Assembly (NCBI GenBank): GCA_051117555.1
Contig: JBNPEG010000058.1
Location: forward strand, 1 to 31,023
Length of the DNA: 31,023 nucleotides
Source: Elainellaceae cyanobacterium
GTDB lineage: Bacteria; Cyanobacteriota; Cyanobacteriia; CAZCXK01
Direction of reading: 5' to 3'
In this document: in pieces, positions 27,691 through 31,023 of the stretch
How the letters are laid out: every line of letters starts with the position of its first letter
Position numbering within the stretch: position 1 is the stretch's first letter
Made by a program: the position numbers and the translations under genes
Notes under the pieces: model-generated
The model's database searches: none
Told to the model about the DNA's origin: nothing
Seen by the model: the letters and a program-made list of their open reading frames with translations, nothing else

Positions 27691-29559
27691 ATGGGGATGA
27701 CTTCTACCACAGCACCACAGCAGCAAGTTGTCTATGCAGATGTGCCGCCACCGCTGGGCAAGGTTGTCGCAGAGTACAGAATTGACTCGGCAACGGCGAT
27801 CGCCTATCGAGTCAAGGCTGGGCAGTATATTCAAATCATTGATGTTGAAGGAACGCAGTGTTCTGACTTCCTGGCATTTACAGGTGATAGATTTGCGGAG
27901 GAAATTGATAGCACCGTCACCCGTACTCTCAATGGTGTGTCAGTGCCCCAAGCAGGCTTACACAGTAAGTATTTTTCTCAAACAATGCAGCCGCTGGTGG
28001 AGGTGATTCAAGATACGTGCGATCGCCACGACAGCTTCCTACTGGCATGTACGGCTCGATACTATGAGGATGCGGGCTATCCGGGGCACATCAGCTGTAG
28101 CGAAAATTTTAATCAGGTCTTAGCGCCTTATGGCATTGCGTCTCGACCCGGTTGGGCGGCTATCAATTTTTTCTTCAACACCTCGGTGGATGCGAGTGGG
28201 GCGATCGCTTCCTGTGAATCGTGGTCGCGTCCGGGAGATTATGTCTTGCTTCGCGCCCATCAAGATTTGCTATGCGCTAGCTCTGCCTGCCCGGACGACA
28301 TTGATCCTGCGAATGGCTGGAACCCGACTGCGATTCATGTTCGCGTCTACCACGCATCTGAGCAATTTTCAGTCGCGATGGGGCATCGTGCTGCGGCCAA
28401 TCATCCGTTACGGCTAACGCAAGATAGCGCCTTTACTCCCAAAATCCGCACTCTCACCGAAAATTTAGTGGACTACAACGGATTTTGGGTCCCCAACTGC
28501 TTCTTTAATCACGGGGATCATGCTGAATATTGGGCACTGCGAGAGCGTGCGGCGCTCATGGATCTTTCCGCCCTTCGCAAATTTGACCTGATGGGGGATC
28601 AGGCAGTTGATTTATTACACACCGCATTTTCTCGAAACGTTGCGAATTTGGCAATTGGGCAATCTGCTTATGGATGTTTGCTCAATCCGCATGGGGGAAT
28701 GATTGACGATGGCATCGTGTTTCGCTTGAGCGAGCACCACTATCGATATGTTGGCAACTGCGATACCGATTGGGACTGGCTGCAAACCGTTGCTCAAGAC
28801 TATAGCTATGCCGTCGAGATTATCCCGACGAGTCGAGAAAACCATAATGTAGCAATCCAGGGGCCACTGTCTCGCGATATTCTTCGTCCCTTAATCACGT
28901 TCAATTCCGATGCTGGCATAGAAACGCTGGATGAGCTGGGATACTTTCGGTGTGCCACGGGCACTGTTGCCAATATTCCAGTTCTCATTTCTCGAACAGG
29001 CTACACCGGGGAACTGGGCTACGAATTATTTGTCCATCCCGAAAATGGTGGGGCACTTTGGGAGGCATTGATGGCTGCCGGAACCCCCTATGGAATGGTG
29101 CCATTGGGCATGCTTGCCTTGAACCGAGCCCGGATTGAAGCCGGACTTCTCGCTGCCGGATACGAGTTTGACGACTTGATTTCTCCCTATCAAGCTGGCA
29201 TTGGGTGGGCAGTCGCCATGAAAACCAAAGGAGATTTTATTGGCAGAACGGCTCTAGAACAACTGCGCAACCGTCCGCCGAGAGTTGCAGTTGGTTTGAT
29301 ACTTGATACCAATGATATTGCTGACTATGGGCAGTGCATTTTTCCAATAGGCGATCGCTGGCGAGTCGGGCATATCACGAGCGGCACATTCTCACCCATC
29401 CTCAATCGCAGCATCGCAATGGCTCAAGTCGTGCCCGAATATGCTGCCACAGGTATGGAACTTGAAGTCGGTTTCATGGATGGAATGAAGCGTCGAGTCA
29501 AGGCAACCGTTGGAACGCTAGCGGCGTATGATCCCACGAAGAGTCGAGTCAGAGGATAA
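27691..29559 (+). CDS. DUF1989 + GcvT-family fusion, TMAO demethylase (Tdm)-like
   Basis: N-terminal 'GTQCSDF', 'RHDSFLLAC', 'GYPGHISC', 'SSACPDDIDPANGW'; C-terminal GcvT motifs 'DLSALRKF', 'IDDG', 'QGPLSR', 'SRTGYTGELGYE', 'RIEAG'. Confidence 0.85.
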   Translation: MGMTSTTAPQQQVVYADVPPPLGKVVAEYRIDSATAIAYRVKAGQYIQIIDVEGTQCSDFLAFTGDRFAEEIDSTVTRTLNGVSVPQAGLHSKYFSQTMQPLVEVIQDTCDRHDSFLLACTARYYEDAGYPGHISCSENFNQVLAPYGIASRPGWAAINFFFNTSVDASGAIASCESWSRPGDYVLLRAHQDLLCASSACPDDIDPANGWNPTAIHVRVYHASEQFSVAMGHRAAANHPLRLTQDSAFTPKIRTLTENLVDYNGFWVPNCFFNHGDHAEYWALRERAALMDLSALRKFDLMGDQAVDLLHTAFSRNVANLAIGQSAYGCLLNPHGGMIDDGIVFRLSEHHYRYVGNCDTDWDWLQTVAQDYSYAVEIIPTSRENHNVAIQGPLSRDILRPLITFNSDAGIETLDELGYFRCATGTVANIPVLISRTGYTGELGYELFVHPENGGALWEALMAAGTPYGMVPLGMLALNRARIEAGLLAAGYEFDDLISPYQAGIGWAVAMKTKGDFIGRTALEQLRNRPPRVAVGLILDTNDIADYGQCIFPIGDRWRVGHITSGTFSPILNRSIAMAQVVPEYAATGMELEVGFMDGMKRRVKATVGTLAAYDPTKSRVRG

Positions 29560-29585
29560 CGAATCGATTTGAATGATAATCCAAT

Positions 29586-29745
29586 CGAGAAGCCATTGAA
29601 ACGGTTTATCCTCAGACCCAAGGGCAGTTGTGCATCGTCCATCTGATTCGCAATGCACTGCGCTATGTGCCTTAGAAAGACAGCGAGGCGGTAGCGACTG
29701 AAACCCATCTACCGAGCCGCTACTTTAGCAGACGCCGAAGACTCT
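29586..29745 (+). pseudogene. IS256-family transposase fragment
   Basis: Translates as REAIETVYPQTQGQLCIVHLIRNALRYVP*KDSEAVA / LKPIYRAATLADAE, matching the IS256 'Q.CIVH..RN.L.YV.WK' region. Stop at 29673-29675, frameshift near 29697. Confidence 0.85.
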
Positions 29746-29787
29746 GTGTTCAATCGGTCTTGTGGTCTATCAGTTGTGGGGGTGGCT

Positions 29788-31002
29788 TTAAGAGGGTTTG
29801 GTGCGTTTAGAGGCGGCCTGTTTTTTTGAAGTTGCCTGCGTTTTGCGAGACGTTGAGGACGTTTTCCCGTCGTCAGATTCATCCGAATCATCCAAATCGT
29901 CCGGATTATTGGTGCTAGAATCATTTGCCGTCTTGACTGGCGTCATCACCAGTCGTCTAAGGCGATCGCGGAATTCTGGGTCGAGATACTTTTGTTGAAT
30001 GGGTTTCCACTGTTTCCACGTTGCAGCCCGTTCTTGCCGAAGTTGTTGAGCGAGCGTGGGCATTTGAGTATGCCAGTTTTTGCCAATCTCGGCCTTAAAC
30101 ACCTGATCTAAGACCCAACAATCTTGAAGGTGTCCGAGCAGGTCTTGAAGTGTCGACAGCTCATCAACCCAATGCTGGTAGGGCGAATCATAAAACTCGG
30201 TAAAAAATTCCGCTTGGTAGCGAACTCGCTTAATGTGCTTTCGGAGGTCATGGAGTACGGTGCCATGCTGATCTAGCCACGCGTTAATGGCGTCATCCGT
30301 CATAGCAGCAGAACGGTCTGACCCAGTGCTCTCGATGGTTTCATCGGTAGTGTGATCAGTGCTCTGATCGGGACTGTGATCGAGACTGTGATCGGTATTA
30401 TGATCACTACTCTCATCAGCGCTGCCATCGCTACTGTCATCTGTCTCAAAGCCATCGGTTGCGAATGGAGACGCCTCATGCCCGACCGCCCAACCGGGAT
30501 GAAGCAGCAGATGACTCACCAACAGCAGCAGCAAGTCAGGCAAAACAACCTGAATCGACATCGGGGCGATCGCATCGTAAACAGGCGCTTGCAGCCAAGT
30601 CTTGAATCGTTGCCGAAACTGACTATAGTTTGAGCCACCCAGCATCTTTTCAACTCGCCCAAACTTTCGACGACGTTGGCGCTGAAGTCGTTTAACAGCA
30701 AACTTCAACGTGTCACGTTCTTCATCATCGAGTGCAGGCAAATAGCGAGTCTCCAGTTTATTGAGTAAGACATCTAGATCTCTCACGTCACCTAGGCAAC
30801 GGGCAATTTTTCGAATGTGCTTAAACGTCTTGGGCAGGCTCAATGCCGGATCAAAGACTTGAATCGCCGTACGAAGGCGTCTCAACCCGACCCGCATCTG
30901 GTGGAGCGGTTCTGGATCAACATCCTGCAAAATTTTGGTGGTGTATTGGGTCGATTTCTGAAAATGCTTCTGAACGGCTTTGTAGGCATAGTGTCCTAGC
31001 AT
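29788..31002 (-). CDS. CHAD-domain (polyphosphate-binding) protein
   Basis: 'LHQMRVGLRRLRT', 'LGDVRDLDV', 'LHDLRKHIKRVRY', 'QDLLGHLQD'. The frame stays open to the window edge, so the start may lie further upstream. Confidence 0.9.
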   Translation of the reverse strand: MLGHYAYKAVQKHFQKSTQYTTKILQDVDPEPLHQMRVGLRRLRTAIQVFDPALSLPKTFKHIRKIARCLGDVRDLDVLLNKLETRYLPALDDEERDTLKFAVKRLQRQRRRKFGRVEKMLGGSNYSQFRQRFKTWLQAPVYDAIAPMSIQVVLPDLLLLLVSHLLLHPGWAVGHEASPFATDGFETDDSSDGSADESSDHNTDHSLDHSPDQSTDHTTDETIESTGSDRSAAMTDDAINAWLDQHGTVLHDLRKHIKRVRYQAEFFTEFYDSPYQHWVDELSTLQDLLGHLQDCWVLDQVFKAEIGKNWHTQMPTLAQQLRQERAATWKQWKPIQQKYLDPEFRDRLRRLVMTPVKTANDSSTNNPDDLDDSDESDDGKTSSTSRKTQATSKKQAASKRTKPS

Positions 31003-31023
31003 TTCATTGTGAATTTGGTCATT

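Larger units (their letters stand above)
166..30572. repeat. HIP1 octamer (GCGATCGC), dispersed
   Basis: About 40 copies by manual count (e.g. 166-173, 4642-4649, 24481-24488), far above chance. A cyanobacterial hallmark. Confidence 0.95.

Noticed and set aside
29424..29708. 94-aa minus-strand ORF
   Set aside because: Antisense shadow of the IS256 fragment and the 3' end of the Tdm-like gene.

Overview
Chromosomal window from a cyanobacterium. It carries psbZ, hpsA, desC and hpnH, and about 40 HIP1 octamers (GCGATCGC) by manual count. hpsA points to a filamentous, gliding strain; whether it forms heterocysts cannot be told from this window. Most of it is housekeeping: hpsA, yebC, a UbiH-like hydroxylase, hpnH with a squalene/phytoene synthase, a K+ channel, a YnbB-like PLP enzyme, two tandem delta-9 desaturases, a proA paralog, tRNA-Gly(GCC), ribH, psbZ, a DHH-CBS tRNA nucleotidyltransferase, a pentapeptide-repeat protein and a CHAD protein. 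The best finding is outside any ORF: two tandem minus-strand small-RNA units at 5984-6282, each with a TCC(G/T)GA (DIF1-like) promoter element, a conserved 21-nt core and its own terminator. They resemble the heterocyst sRNA NsiR1 but lie away from hetF. Other notable items are a compact TMAO-demethylase (Tdm)-like gene followed by an IS256 relic, a membrane pseudokinase, a ProA paralog lacking the catalytic Cys, three different MITE-like elements, REP-like repeats, and a hairpin-rich intergenic region before a 62-aa ORF. Family names come from motif recognition by eye; no searches were run.
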